In this document: one piece after another, positions 30,284-39,483 of the stretch | Position numbering within the stretch: the stretch's first letter is position 1 | Layout: the number at the start of each line of letters is the position of its first letter | Assembly (NCBI GenBank): GCA_050246315.1 | Contig: JBFWWG010000001.1 | Coordinates: forward strand, 1 to 64,000 | Origin: Nitrospiraceae bacterium | Lineage (GTDB): Bacteria > Nitrospirota > Nitrospiria > Nitrospirales > Nitrospiraceae | Direction: 5' to 3' | DNA length: 64,000 bases | Notes under the pieces: model-generated | The model's input: only the letters and a program-made list of their open reading frames with translations | Told to the model about the DNA's origin: nothing | Database searches by the model: none | Position numbers and translations under genes: made by a program

Positions 30284-30694
30284 CTATTCGAGCGTTCGCC
30301 TGAGCGCCTTCAGCCGCCCCCGCTTGCTCTTGCTCTCCAACCGTCTCTGCTTGGAGGCCCTGGTCGGCTTCGTGGCCTTGCGCTTCTTTCGTGGGATCGC
30401 AACGCGCTGAATTAACTCCCTGAGACGCGTGAGGGCATCTTCACGATTCTGTTCCTGGCTCCGTGACTGCTGGGCCTTGATTGTGACCACTCCCTCCTGC
30501 GAAATGCGATGGTCCCTTAGCTTCAGGAGTTCTTCCTTATAGAACGGAGGGAGCGAAGAAGCGGCGATATCGAACCGCAGATGTATTGCCGTCGAGACCT
30601 TGTTGACGTGTTGCCCGCCCGCCCCCTGCGACCGCACGGCATGGATCTCGATCTCGTGATCAGGAATAGCAACGTGGGAGGAGATGTGCAGCAT
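30284..30694 (-). CDS. arfB: Alternative ribosome rescue factor B
   Basis: [15 protein letters not shown] motif; RSQEQNR; basic tail [15 protein letters not shown]. Confidence 0.96.
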   Translation of the reverse strand: MLHISSHVAIPDHEIEIHAVRSQGAGGQHVNKVSTAIHLRFDIAASSLPPFYKEELLKLRDHRISQEGVVTIKAQQSRSQEQNREDALTRLRELIQRVAIPRKKRKATKPTRASKQRRLESKSKRGRLKALRRTLE

Positions 30695-30762
30695 TGAGCT
30701 TTACTCGGATATTCCTCTGGCCTACATTCTAAGTCAGCGCGGCCAAGCGCCGTCCAATCACC

Positions 30763-31425
30763 TCACAACTGCCCAGCCTCAAGGAAGCTAAAATATCCAG
30801 TCCGATTGAAGATGATGTGGTCGAGCAGGGCAATCCCTATCACGGCCCCAGCAGCCTTCAACTGTTTCGTCATTTCTACGTCGGTGGGGGAAGGTTCCAG
30901 CCCGCCGGCCGGATGGTTGTGCGCGACGATGATCGCCGAAGCCCGATCCGTCACGGCATCGGCAAACACCTCTCGCGGATGCACGGGCGTCCGATCGACC
31001 AGCCCGATAGACACCACTCGAATGTTCAGGATCTCGTTCGCGCCATTGATGCTGGCACAGAGAAAATGCTCCTGCTTACGATCGGCATAGTGGCGAATAT
31101 GCGGTAATAGATCGGCAGGAGTTGCGATCTTGAGGCCGTCCGATTTGATGCGCCGCCGCGCAAATTCCAAAGCGGCGAGGAGGAGCGTCACTTTCGCGTC
31201 TCCCATCCCTTCGAAACCGCGCAGGTCTTCCGGTCGCACCGAGAGTCCCTGCTCATCGACAACCTTGACCAGCTTGGCAGCCAACGTCATCACGTCCATG
31301 CCGAGTGTACCCTTCCCAAGCAACACGGCCAACAGCTCTTGGTCAGTCAGAGCCGATGGTCCTTTGCGAAGCAGTTTTTCTCGTGGCCGATCCTGTTCAG
31401 GAATGTCGCTGATCCGCTTGGTCAT
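30763..31425 (-). CDS. radC: RadC-family JAB-domain protein
   Basis: RPREKL..G..ALTD.ELLA; HPREVF; AHNHPAG...D; LLDHII. Confidence 0.95.
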   Translation of the reverse strand: MTKRISDIPEQDRPREKLLRKGPSALTDQELLAVLLGKGTLGMDVMTLAAKLVKVVDEQGLSVRPEDLRGFEGMGDAKVTLLLAALEFARRRIKSDGLKIATPADLLPHIRHYADRKQEHFLCASINGANEILNIRVVSIGLVDRTPVHPREVFADAVTDRASAIIVAHNHPAGGLEPSPTDVEMTKQLKAAGAVIGIALLDHIIFNRTGYFSFLEAGQL

Positions 31426-31428
31426 ACG

Positions 31429-34356
31429 TTAGGCCGCCGCCATCAGATGCGTGTGGATCACCGTGATCGCCATGATGTCGAAGATGCCACCGGTGTCGGT
31501 ATACTTGGGATCGGCCAGTTCCTCGTATCGTGCCAATTCATTGTAGGTCACCTGAATCTCATCGTTCACCTGGCCACGGTACGGGCCTTCCAAATAAAGC
31601 TTGTCGTCCCGATGCGCTTGGACAGTGCTGCGGATGGCGGGATCGGCCGTCTTTTGTTGGGTCACCTGCTTGATATAGAGCGCCTCTTCGTCGCTGATGG
31701 AGAATTTGGTTCGAATTTCATCAATCATGTCCTGAACGGAGACTTTTTTGATCGGCGGCCCTGCACCCTTCGTCCGCTTGCTGGGTTGTAGTTTCACCGG
31801 CCCGGTGCTCGTCTTCACCCCTTGATAGTCCACAGCCGCCTTGATCACTTCGGTCTGCCTGATCTGTTTCATCAAGTCCGAGACAGTGCCCTGCTTGATG
31901 AGTTGGGGACCAACATAGTCGGCACAGATCGCAAACCGTTTGATCTCCTGTGCATACGAGTAGAAGCAGGACAAAAAATGGAACGCTTTGGCGAAACGCG
32001 CGAGCAGGTAGACGAACGCCTTCCGGTCGTCAGGCGAAGCGAGGGTTGCCTGAAAGCGAACTCGTAACGCACTGACCGCGAACTGCACATGCGCATCGGT
32101 TCCTGTTGCCAACAGCTTCACCAAGTCGTCAACATCGCCTTGACGAAAGACACCGGCTTCGAGCACTTGTGACATGAGCTTCGTCACCAATTCGGGATCG
32201 GCCTCTTCCGGTTCAAAGGGAGTCCCCTTCCGGTATTTGGCAAACGCCTTCAAAATCGCCTTCGCATTATTCGTGAAATCGACGACCACTACATCTTTTT
32301 TCCCTTCATGGCTTCGATTGAGACGCGAGACGGTCTGTACGGCATGCCGGTCCACCACCGGCTTATCGAGGAACATACCGGCCAGCAGCGGTTGGTCGAA
32401 ACCAGTCTGGAACTTGTTCGCCACGACCAGTAGCCGGTAGTCGTCGCCTTCGAACCGATCCTCGATCAACTCACCCACGTTCAATTCGTTGACGGCGTGC
32501 TCGCTGATCGCCTCGTTGGTCATGGGATGCACAAAATCTGAAAAAGCGTACAGCACCCGATAGTCGGCGCCGCGCTCCTTCAGCTTTTCATTCAAGATCT
32601 TGAAGTAGCGAAGGCCGGCCACACGCGACGCTGCGACGACCATGGCCTTCGCCCTCCCATTGATGAGCGGCTTCACGTCCTTCTCGAATATCCTGAGCAT
32701 CACCTCGGCTTTGTATTGAATGAGGCCGTCGTCCTGATAGGCCACGTTCTGCAAGGCTTTCGAGACCACGCCCTTCGGGTACACCTGCTCTTCATCCGAG
32801 GCAGGCACGACCGGGCAATGGAGGTGGTACAGCGTCTTGTACGAAATGATGCTCGTCGCCACGTCCACGATGTAGCCTTCCTGGATGGCCTCCGCCTCGG
32901 TATAGGTATCGAAGGACAGGCCGAACAGGGTCAGCGTCTCCGGCGCCGGTGTCGCGGTGAAGGCGACAAAGAGTTGATTGCGGTCATGCTCGCGGATGAT
33001 CTTGGCGATGCGTTCCTCTTCATCGCCTTCCTCTTCCCCCACATCATCAGCGTCTGCTTCCTCAGACTTTCGGAACGGCACGCGAATCGCAGCGCCCATC
33101 CGGCCCTCCTGCGACCGATGCGCCTCGTCGATGAGAAACGCGACGCGAAGATTTTTTAGGTCCGGATTCTGTTCGATCACTTCCAGCACCCACGCGAACT
33201 TCTGCTGCGTCGTGACGATGATCGGCTTGCGCTCTTTCAGAAACCTCGGCAGATCCTCCGACTTGCGCGCGAGGCCGACCACGTTCCTCAAATGGGCAAA
33301 CTTCTCGATATCCTCACGGATGTTGGTGTCGAGCGACTTGCGGTCGGTCAGGATGAAGATGACGTCGGTCAGCTTCTCGTTCGTGTCCGGCCCATAGAGA
33401 CTGTGCAGCCGGTCCGCCAGCCAGCAGATCGAGAGCGTCTTGCCGCTTCCTGCCGAGTGATGGATCAGATACTTCCGTCCGATCTCACCCGTTGCTGCGA
33501 AGTGGGACAGGACGTCATCGGCTACTTTCCGCACCATGCGGCTCTGATGGTATCGAGGCAGGATGGTGAAAGCCGGACGCTCCGGTTTATCGCCCTCGGC
33601 GTCACGTTTGGGCACGAAGACCAGAAATGAGGACACTAACTCCAGCAACCGGTCTTTCGATAAGACTTCCCGATACAGAAACTCGATCGGATACTCCCCC
33701 TCCGTCTGCGGCCGATTCGTCAAGCCGCTATTGTGCCAGCGAAAGTTCTCGGTGCGGCGCGGGTCGGTGGCAGCCATCACGTCGCTGGTATCGGCTGCCA
33801 GGTAAAGGAACGGGTGCTGGAAGACCTTCCGGCTATGATCGCGCGCAACATACTGGGCCACCGCATCGTGCACGTTATGGTTTTTCTCATGCTTCAGTTC
33901 CAGCGTCACGATCGGCAGGCCGTTCAGAAAGAACACGAAGTCGATTTCCTGATTGGTCTCCCCGAAATAGAAATGGGGCCGGAAGGTGACACGATTGCCG
34001 CTGTACTTCTTGGTCGTCGCGCTGTCTTTCGACCGTGGCATGGGGTAGTAGAGGCGGAACTCCAACCCACGCACCGTGAGGCCATGCCGAAGGATCATCC
34101 AGAGCGGAGTGCGAGCCAGCTCAAGCCGGAGGGCGCGGAAGACTTCGTCACGCGCGTCCGTGCCGTAGTCGTCCTGTAACTTCTTAAGCTGGTCGGCCTG
34201 AGTCGCGTTGAGGAAGGCCCAGAGATGATCCTCGGCAATACACTGCTCGGTATCGGTGATCTCGGTTTGCTCCAAGACCGGATAGCCGTGGACCAGAACG
34301 AGAAAATCCGCGATGTGCTGTTGGAAGGTCAGTTCCGGGGCTTTTTTGCGCGCCAT
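31429..34356 (-). CDS. hsdR: Type I restriction endonuclease subunit R
   Basis: IDFV..LNGLP..TLELK nuclease motif; HSAGSGKT, DEAHRSQ, FTATP, QTGFDQP, QTVSRLNR helicase motifs. Confidence 0.95.
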   Translation of the reverse strand: MARKKAPELTFQQHIADFLVLVHGYPVLEQTEITDTEQCIAEDHLWAFLNATQADQLKKLQDDYGTDARDEVFRALRLELARTPLWMILRHGLTVRGLEFRLYYPMPRSKDSATTKKYSGNRVTFRPHFYFGETNQEIDFVFFLNGLPIVTLELKHEKNHNVHDAVAQYVARDHSRKVFQHPFLYLAADTSDVMAATDPRRTENFRWHNSGLTNRPQTEGEYPIEFLYREVLSKDRLLELVSSFLVFVPKRDAEGDKPERPAFTILPRYHQSRMVRKVADDVLSHFAATGEIGRKYLIHHSAGSGKTLSICWLADRLHSLYGPDTNEKLTDVIFILTDRKSLDTNIREDIEKFAHLRNVVGLARKSEDLPRFLKERKPIIVTTQQKFAWVLEVIEQNPDLKNLRVAFLIDEAHRSQEGRMGAAIRVPFRKSEEADADDVGEEEGDEEERIAKIIREHDRNQLFVAFTATPAPETLTLFGLSFDTYTEAEAIQEGYIVDVATSIISYKTLYHLHCPVVPASDEEQVYPKGVVSKALQNVAYQDDGLIQYKAEVMLRIFEKDVKPLINGRAKAMVVAASRVAGLRYFKILNEKLKERGADYRVLYAFSDFVHPMTNEAISEHAVNELNVGELIEDRFEGDDYRLLVVANKFQTGFDQPLLAGMFLDKPVVDRHAVQTVSRLNRSHEGKKDVVVVDFTNNAKAILKAFAKYRKGTPFEPEEADPELVTKLMSQVLEAGVFRQGDVDDLVKLLATGTDAHVQFAVSALRVRFQATLASPDDRKAFVYLLARFAKAFHFLSCFYSYAQEIKRFAICADYVGPQLIKQGTVSDLMKQIRQTEVIKAAVDYQGVKTSTGPVKLQPSKRTKGAGPPIKKVSVQDMIDEIRTKFSISDEEALYIKQVTQQKTADPAIRSTVQAHRDDKLYLEGPYRGQVNDEIQVTYNELARYEELADPKYTDTGGIFDIMAITVIHTHLMAAA

Positions 34357-34724
34357 GATCGTGCGGCCCGGTTCGTTGCGGTGCGCCCTGTCGCCCGGTA
34401 GACGGCCCGTGTCTCGGCCACGTGATCTGCGGCATCGTCCGGTTCGAGCACCACCCGTACACGGGCATGGAGTTCCTGCGCCACACGGCGCAGCATGCTG
34501 AGCGAATGCCCTTCGTAGGAGGGCGATTCGAGCCGGCTGATCTGTTGCTGGGAGGTCTTGAGTTTACGCGCCAGGCTCTTTTGCGAGAGACCGGCCTTTT
34601 CGCGAAGCGCCGCAATTTGCAACGCCACATCCCACGCCTCGCCCGCTCGCTTGAACCGCTCGGCAAAAGTCGGATCACGGAGTTGCGCGTCGAGATGACG
34701 ATCAAAATTCGTTTTCTTCATCAT
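34329..34724 (-). CDS. XRE-family HTH antitoxin
   Basis: LREKAGLSQKSLARKLKTSQQQISRLE...SLSMLRRVA. ATGA overlap with the toxin stop; overlaps the hsdR start by 28 nt. Confidence 0.9.
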   Translation of the reverse strand: MMKKTNFDRHLDAQLRDPTFAERFKRAGEAWDVALQIAALREKAGLSQKSLARKLKTSQQQISRLESPSYEGHSLSMLRRVAQELHARVRVVLEPDDAADHVAETRAVYRATGRTATNRAARSWRAKKPRN

Positions 34725-35077
34725 GTCATTCTCTCCCGCCAGTCGCGCATCCGCTCCCGGGCCGTATCGAGGTCGCGGGGCGCAATGGCCTGACCTTTGT
34801 TGCGGATGCCATGCACGGCGACGATCCGCCGGCCTTTCATAAAGAACCACAGCACGCGTGTATTCAACTTGCCGACGTGCCGCAGTTCGTACAGTCCGTC
34901 TCCAAGCACCTTGGACAACGGCTCGCGGTGATATTGCCGATTCTTGAGCTTGGCCAGCCCGGCCAGCACCGCGGCCAAATCGTCCGGATCGCTGGCTTTG
35001 AGGTCATCGAGAAAGTCCTGAACCGGGCAGTGACCAGCCGCCGTTTCATAGTACTCTACCGTGAATTCCATGCTCAC
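34721..35077 (-). CDS. RelE/ParE-superfamily toxin (Gp49/DUF891-like)
   Basis: YYETAAGHCPVQDFL...PLSKVLGDGLYELR...RVLWFF..GRRIVAVHGI..K...ARER. GTGA overlap with the hsdS stop. Confidence 0.9.
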   Translation of the reverse strand: MSMEFTVEYYETAAGHCPVQDFLDDLKASDPDDLAAVLAGLAKLKNRQYHREPLSKVLGDGLYELRHVGKLNTRVLWFFMKGRRIVAVHGIRNKGQAIAPRDLDTARERMRDWRERMT

Positions 35078-36396
35078 GCAACATCAATATTGATGTTGGC
35101 GTTCAGACGCCGAACATCGGCCTCGGTGATGCGCCGTTGGCCGGTGACGCACTCGTGGATCAGGGATTTGCGGTAGGCGGTCAGGGTGTCGATTTGAGAC
35201 TCGATGCTGGCTTGAATGCGGCCCATGTCAGAAACCTTCTCGTCGAGGAATATGCAGATCCTCTCTTGCTCGTCGAGAGGCGGCTGGGGGATCGGAAACA
35301 TGCCCACCTTCCTTGAACTCGTACTGGCAAGATTCGTCGTCCGCTTGCCCGTGGCCTCAAAATAATCGCGTCCATACTGAGAGGCCGTAAGATAAGCGAG
35401 GAAGGATGGGAGAAGCTTGTGGCGGAAACACCGTATGGCAAAGATATGGTTCTGATGCAGGCAATCGGTGATCTCACCGTTCCAGATCGTCCCTCTGCCG
35501 AGCTTATCGAGATCGCCACCTTCCGTCATGAGCACATCTCCGACACGAAGCGTCACCCGGCGAGCCACATCCTCTGGCACTTCAATGGTCGTGACTTCCG
35601 CGAGATCCAGATGTCCATCCTGAACATTGGCCACGCGCAAATAGGGTCTCTCGATTACCTGGCCCTCGTACACCTTGCCGAGCGTGAGACCGGTTTGAAT
35701 CTCTGAGATGCGTTTCAAGTTCACCAACTCCCACGTTGAGGGAACTTGCGGCATCCAGACATTACCAGTCCGTCTGAGCACCGGATTCGATTCAAGCCCC
35801 CTGGTGACTGTCTGCTGAATGACATGTTTTCGAACCCCGTCGAGCGTCTCGATCTGCCGACGCTTGGCCGCCACCGCCGCATCGATCGCCGCGCAGCTTT
35901 CGTCGAGGTACGCCGCGATACGTTCTTGCTCTCGGAATGGCGGAAGGGGAACGTAAAACTGAGCAAGCTGTGTCGGCCAACTAACGCGGGGCATCTTTGC
36001 TCCGTATGCAAGTGCGTTGCAGCGCTCAATGAACCATCGTGAGCCAAGGCAGTAGAAAAAGAATCGGCTGGTAATGTGTTCTGGTTCGAAAGCAAGAATT
36101 TCACCCGTACACTTTCCATCGAACTCGGCCACATAGTACTTTGCGAGGTACGGCCGCAGTTTTCCGAAGAGGACATCACCTTTGCGAAAGACAGTGACGG
36201 CGCTTTCAACTTCAAGCGTGTTTCGACGGCCAAGTATTTTGCCGGTGCCTGATTCAATGTCTTCCAGCTCAAGGTAGTCTTCTTCTGCCGAAGCCTCAGC
36301 AGTCTTTTCATCTCGCAGGCTGACAACATCCTTAAGGCGGTCGTAACCCCAACCATGGGGAAGGGCATTCAGGAAGGTGTCATGATCGCTGGTCAC
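35074..36396 (-). CDS. hsdS: Type I restriction-modification specificity subunit
   Basis: Two TRDs, each followed by PLPP..EQERI..LD helices; P.GW/PSTW starts; SLIHECVTG. Confidence 0.95.
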   Translation of the reverse strand: MTSDHDTFLNALPHGWGYDRLKDVVSLRDEKTAEASAEEDYLELEDIESGTGKILGRRNTLEVESAVTVFRKGDVLFGKLRPYLAKYYVAEFDGKCTGEILAFEPEHITSRFFFYCLGSRWFIERCNALAYGAKMPRVSWPTQLAQFYVPLPPFREQERIAAYLDESCAAIDAAVAAKRRQIETLDGVRKHVIQQTVTRGLESNPVLRRTGNVWMPQVPSTWELVNLKRISEIQTGLTLGKVYEGQVIERPYLRVANVQDGHLDLAEVTTIEVPEDVARRVTLRVGDVLMTEGGDLDKLGRGTIWNGEITDCLHQNHIFAIRCFRHKLLPSFLAYLTASQYGRDYFEATGKRTTNLASTSSRKVGMFPIPQPPLDEQERICIFLDEKVSDMGRIQASIESQIDTLTAYRKSLIHECVTGQRRITEADVRRLNANINIDVA

Positions 36397-38369
36397 CTAT
36401 CCAATCCCTCCAACATCTTCTCCGCCTCTTTCTCCAGCCTCCAGAACTCAGCCAGCAGTTCCTTGGCAGGCGTCGGCGGCTGGTACTTGTAGAAGTATTT
36501 GTTCGGCAGGATCTCATAGCCGAGTTGCGGGCTGTCCTCCCAACGGATGATCGGTTTCGCGATTTCGCGCTTAAGAAACGCCTCGATGTCCTCCCCGTGT
36601 GGGATGTACTCGTCATCCTTCACGTAGTGCCGATGGGTCCATTCGACTGATAGGATTTCTGGCTCGTCTTCCATCAGAGCCTTGAACCTCTTGGCGACGT
36701 TGTCCTTCGGGCCAAGACTCACCGTCTCGGTCTTCTCCTCCTCGCCCACTTTCATGCGCACGCGGAAGATCAGCTCGCTGTCGTAGAACTCCTGTTCCTT
36801 CTTGAGATTCGCCGCCGTGAAGGCTTTCTCATAGGGCTCGGTGACGATCGCCGGTTGGTCCTGTTCGTCTGATTGCCAGAACACCACGCTGACCTTGTGG
36901 TAGGCGAAGTCCTCGCGCTTGAATATCTTGACGTGCTCGTCGGCAAAGCCGTCTTTCCAGCCGTCGTGGTAGCGGCTTTCGATCCAGCTCCGATGGGCAT
37001 CGGTGATCCGGTTGCGCTTGTTGCCGAACGACTTCGGCTCCTTCTCGTACTGCCGCCGGGCGTCGATCAGCATCACCTTGCCCTTGTGCGAGCCCGGCTT
37101 GTCGTTCCGCAGGAGCCAGATGTACGTGAAGATGCCGGTGTTGTAGAAGAGTTGATCGGGCAGCATCACGATGCAGTCGAGCCAATCGTGCTCCAGAATC
37201 CAGCGGCGGATTTCACTTTCGCCCGAGCCGCAGTCCCCGTTCGAAAGCGGCGAGCCGTTGAAGATGATGGCGACGCGGCTTGCGCCCTTTTCCGGCTCTT
37301 TCATCTTCGCCAGCATCGTCTGTAAAAATAGCAGCGCCCCGTCGTTCACGCGCGGCATGCCGGCGTTGTATCGAGTGGTTTGCAGCTTCCGGGCTTCCGC
37401 TTCGTAGCCGTCTTTGCCTCCCCATGTGACGCCAAAGGGCGGATTCGACAACATGAAGTCGAACCGGAATTTCGACTCCGGTAGTTGATCGCCCGGCTCC
37501 TTACTCCTCGGATCGTGCGGGATGAGTGAGTTGCCGAGATGCACCTTGGCTTGGCGATCGTTCTTGATGAGCAAGTCGGCCTGGCAGATGGCATAGTTGG
37601 TCGGCGAGAGTTCTTGGCCGTGGACTGTCACGAACTTCTCCACGTTCGCGCGCTGCTGGGGCGTGGCGGCGCGGTCGAGCAGATGTTCTTTGGCGACAGA
37701 GAGCATCCCGCCCGTTCCGCATGCCGGATCGTAGATGGAGATGTGTCGCTCGGGGATGGGAATCTCCAACAACTCCACCATCAGACGAATGATTTCGCGA
37801 GGGGTAAAGTGCTCTCCAGCCTCATCGCCGCTTTGTTCAGAAAAACGCCGGAGCACTTCTTCGTAGATGTAGCCCATCTCCAACGGGGAGAGCTGATCCG
37901 GCCCAAGTTGCAGTTCCTTGTACTGGTTGAGGATGGGCGCGAGGCGGTTGTTCTTGACCATCTGACCGATGGTGTTGCGGTAGTTGAAGTGGTCGATGAT
38001 GTCGTCCACGTTCTTGGAAAAGCCGTTGATGTACTTTCGGAAGTTATCCTCCAGCAGCGTGGGATCTTCCTCGTACACCTTCCGGAGCGTGAAATTGGTT
38101 TTATTCGAAAAGGGGGCCGTCGTGAGTTCGAGGTCCTTGACGAGCTTGGCCAATTCCCTTTCCGTCAGCTTCGGGCGCTTGGCTCGGACCTCGGCCGTTT
38201 TTTCCTCCCGCCACTTGATCAGCACGCATTCCAGACGGCGGATGACGATGATCGGCAGAATGACATTCTGATATTCGTAGGTCTTGAATTTGCCGCGCAG
38301 CCGTTCGGCGGACTTCCAGATCTCGTCGGCGAGGTTATCGAGTTTGGGTTTGTTGAGGGCAAGCGACAT
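36393..38369 (-). CDS. hsdM: Type I restriction-modification methyltransferase (N6-adenine type)
   Basis: IWKSAERLRG, GEHFTPRE, YDPACGTGG, NPPF, LFYNTGI, GYEI..NKYFY. Confidence 0.96.
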   Translation of the reverse strand: MSLALNKPKLDNLADEIWKSAERLRGKFKTYEYQNVILPIIVIRRLECVLIKWREEKTAEVRAKRPKLTERELAKLVKDLELTTAPFSNKTNFTLRKVYEEDPTLLEDNFRKYINGFSKNVDDIIDHFNYRNTIGQMVKNNRLAPILNQYKELQLGPDQLSPLEMGYIYEEVLRRFSEQSGDEAGEHFTPREIIRLMVELLEIPIPERHISIYDPACGTGGMLSVAKEHLLDRAATPQQRANVEKFVTVHGQELSPTNYAICQADLLIKNDRQAKVHLGNSLIPHDPRSKEPGDQLPESKFRFDFMLSNPPFGVTWGGKDGYEAEARKLQTTRYNAGMPRVNDGALLFLQTMLAKMKEPEKGASRVAIIFNGSPLSNGDCGSGESEIRRWILEHDWLDCIVMLPDQLFYNTGIFTYIWLLRNDKPGSHKGKVMLIDARRQYEKEPKSFGNKRNRITDAHRSWIESRYHDGWKDGFADEHVKIFKREDFAYHKVSVVFWQSDEQDQPAIVTEPYEKAFTAANLKKEQEFYDSELIFRVRMKVGEEEKTETVSLGPKDNVAKRFKALMEDEPEILSVEWTHRHYVKDDEYIPHGEDIEAFLKREIAKPIIRWEDSPQLGYEILPNKYFYKYQPPTPAKELLAEFWRLEKEAEKMLEGLDR

Positions 38370-38472
38370 CGATTCAGCCAGTCTATCGGAGCATCGCTCT
38401 CCGGCATCGAGCGGCAGCCGATTCACTTCGGTCGGGCGAGTCTACTTGAAGATCCGCCGCTCGTTCAATGTC

Positions 38473-38619
38473 TCGTCAAGTCAATCGCGTATCGCCAAGA
38501 TGGAGGCGGCGGATCAAACCGTCTCGATTGACTTGCTGGTGCGCGGGTTGGTGGTGCTCGGTGCAAGGCCGCGAGACATTGCCAGAGCTCTTGGGCAGAA
38601 GAGCGGCGCTGCGGCCTAA
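38473..38619 (+). pseudogene. C-terminal remnant of an XRE-HTH antitoxin-like gene
   Basis: SSSQSRIAKMEAADQTVSIDLLVRGLVVLGA is the second half of an XRE HTH; no start or N-terminus. Confidence 0.7.
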
Positions 38620-38894
38620 TTCTCGGCTGGGGAGATCTGATCGCTCAAACAATCACAGGTAGGAGGGTTTCGATTTCGAAGCAGCTTCTTGCGGATGTCG
38701 CTCTTGGCTGTCTCCCAGTCGATGAAGCTGGCCTGCCCCTCAGCAACTTGCCTCTGGCGTTTGTCGAAAATATCCTTATGCCAGGGGGGCGATTCAATTG
38801 CATCCGGAGTTCGCGCGAGGTCCTCCCAAATCGACTCCATGGCCGCGAGCTTCTCATGAAGCGTCATGTCTTTGAGAGGCAGATTGAATGGCAT
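38616..38894 (-). CDS. Putative addiction-module antitoxin (TIGR02574-like); partner toxin missing
   Basis: MTLHEKLAAMESIWEDL...SPPWHKDI..R....G...FIDWETAK; C-terminus appears read-through. Confidence 0.85.
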   Translation of the reverse strand: MPFNLPLKDMTLHEKLAAMESIWEDLARTPDAIESPPWHKDIFDKRQRQVAEGQASFIDWETAKSDIRKKLLRNRNPPTCDCLSDQISPAEN

Positions 38895-39221
38895 GGGTGA
38901 CAGTATACCTCAGCATCCAATGGATTCAAACTCTCCTGAGTGCTCTCCGCCCGCCCTATGGGCAACCGGTGATCTACCAAGCGACACCTGCTCGTTGTCC
39001 TTTCTTCTGGAAGGACACCCATGCTGGTCCAACTGCGGCCCCCGAAACCACGTGTAGCTGCTTGAAAGCTCCTTCCAAACTTGGTTTGTTCTTTTCTCAC
39101 CGGAAGGTGGCCTGATTGGTCTCTATCTGCGTGCGTCACGACCCGTTGCATGTGGGAAAGCGCAACGGGTTCCCCGGCACCGTCCGTATAATTTTCCTCC
39201 AGTCATGTCTCTTCTTCCGGC

Positions 39222-39483
39222 AGGCAACTGGTAGGGGCTCCACTGCGCGCATGGAGCGAGCACATTCTGATCGTGCGGGCTCTGCGAGCACAGAGTCCCT
39301 ACCAGTTGCCTCGCCTCCTCTTCGTGCGCGCGCTCCGGGAGCGCAGGACCAGTATGGGTGCCCTTCCTACCCTTCCTACCTGCGCCCTCTGCGAGCACGG
39401 GGACCGTGCCAGTTGCCTCTCCCTTCTCCTCTTATGCGTGCTCCGGGAGCACGGGAGCAACAGGGCTGCCGTCCCGCTCTCCC
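39222..39483. repeat. Palindrome plus four ~54-bp tandem REP-like units
   Basis: 19-bp IR aggcaactggtaggggctc / gagtccctaccagttgcct; units built on ctc(t/c)g(c/g)gagc(a/g)c...tgcc followed by pyrimidine tracts. Confidence 0.75.

Noticed and set aside
31428..31434. GCCTAAC (attC R''-like box) overlapping the hsdR stop
   Set aside because: radC starts 3 nt after the stop, leaving no room for an attC hairpin, and no integrase is present.
39270..39483. Possible mini-CRISPR or guide-RNA array
   Set aside because: Units are degenerate, the intervening sequences are related low-complexity pyrimidine tracts rather than unique spacers, and no cas-like gene is in the window.
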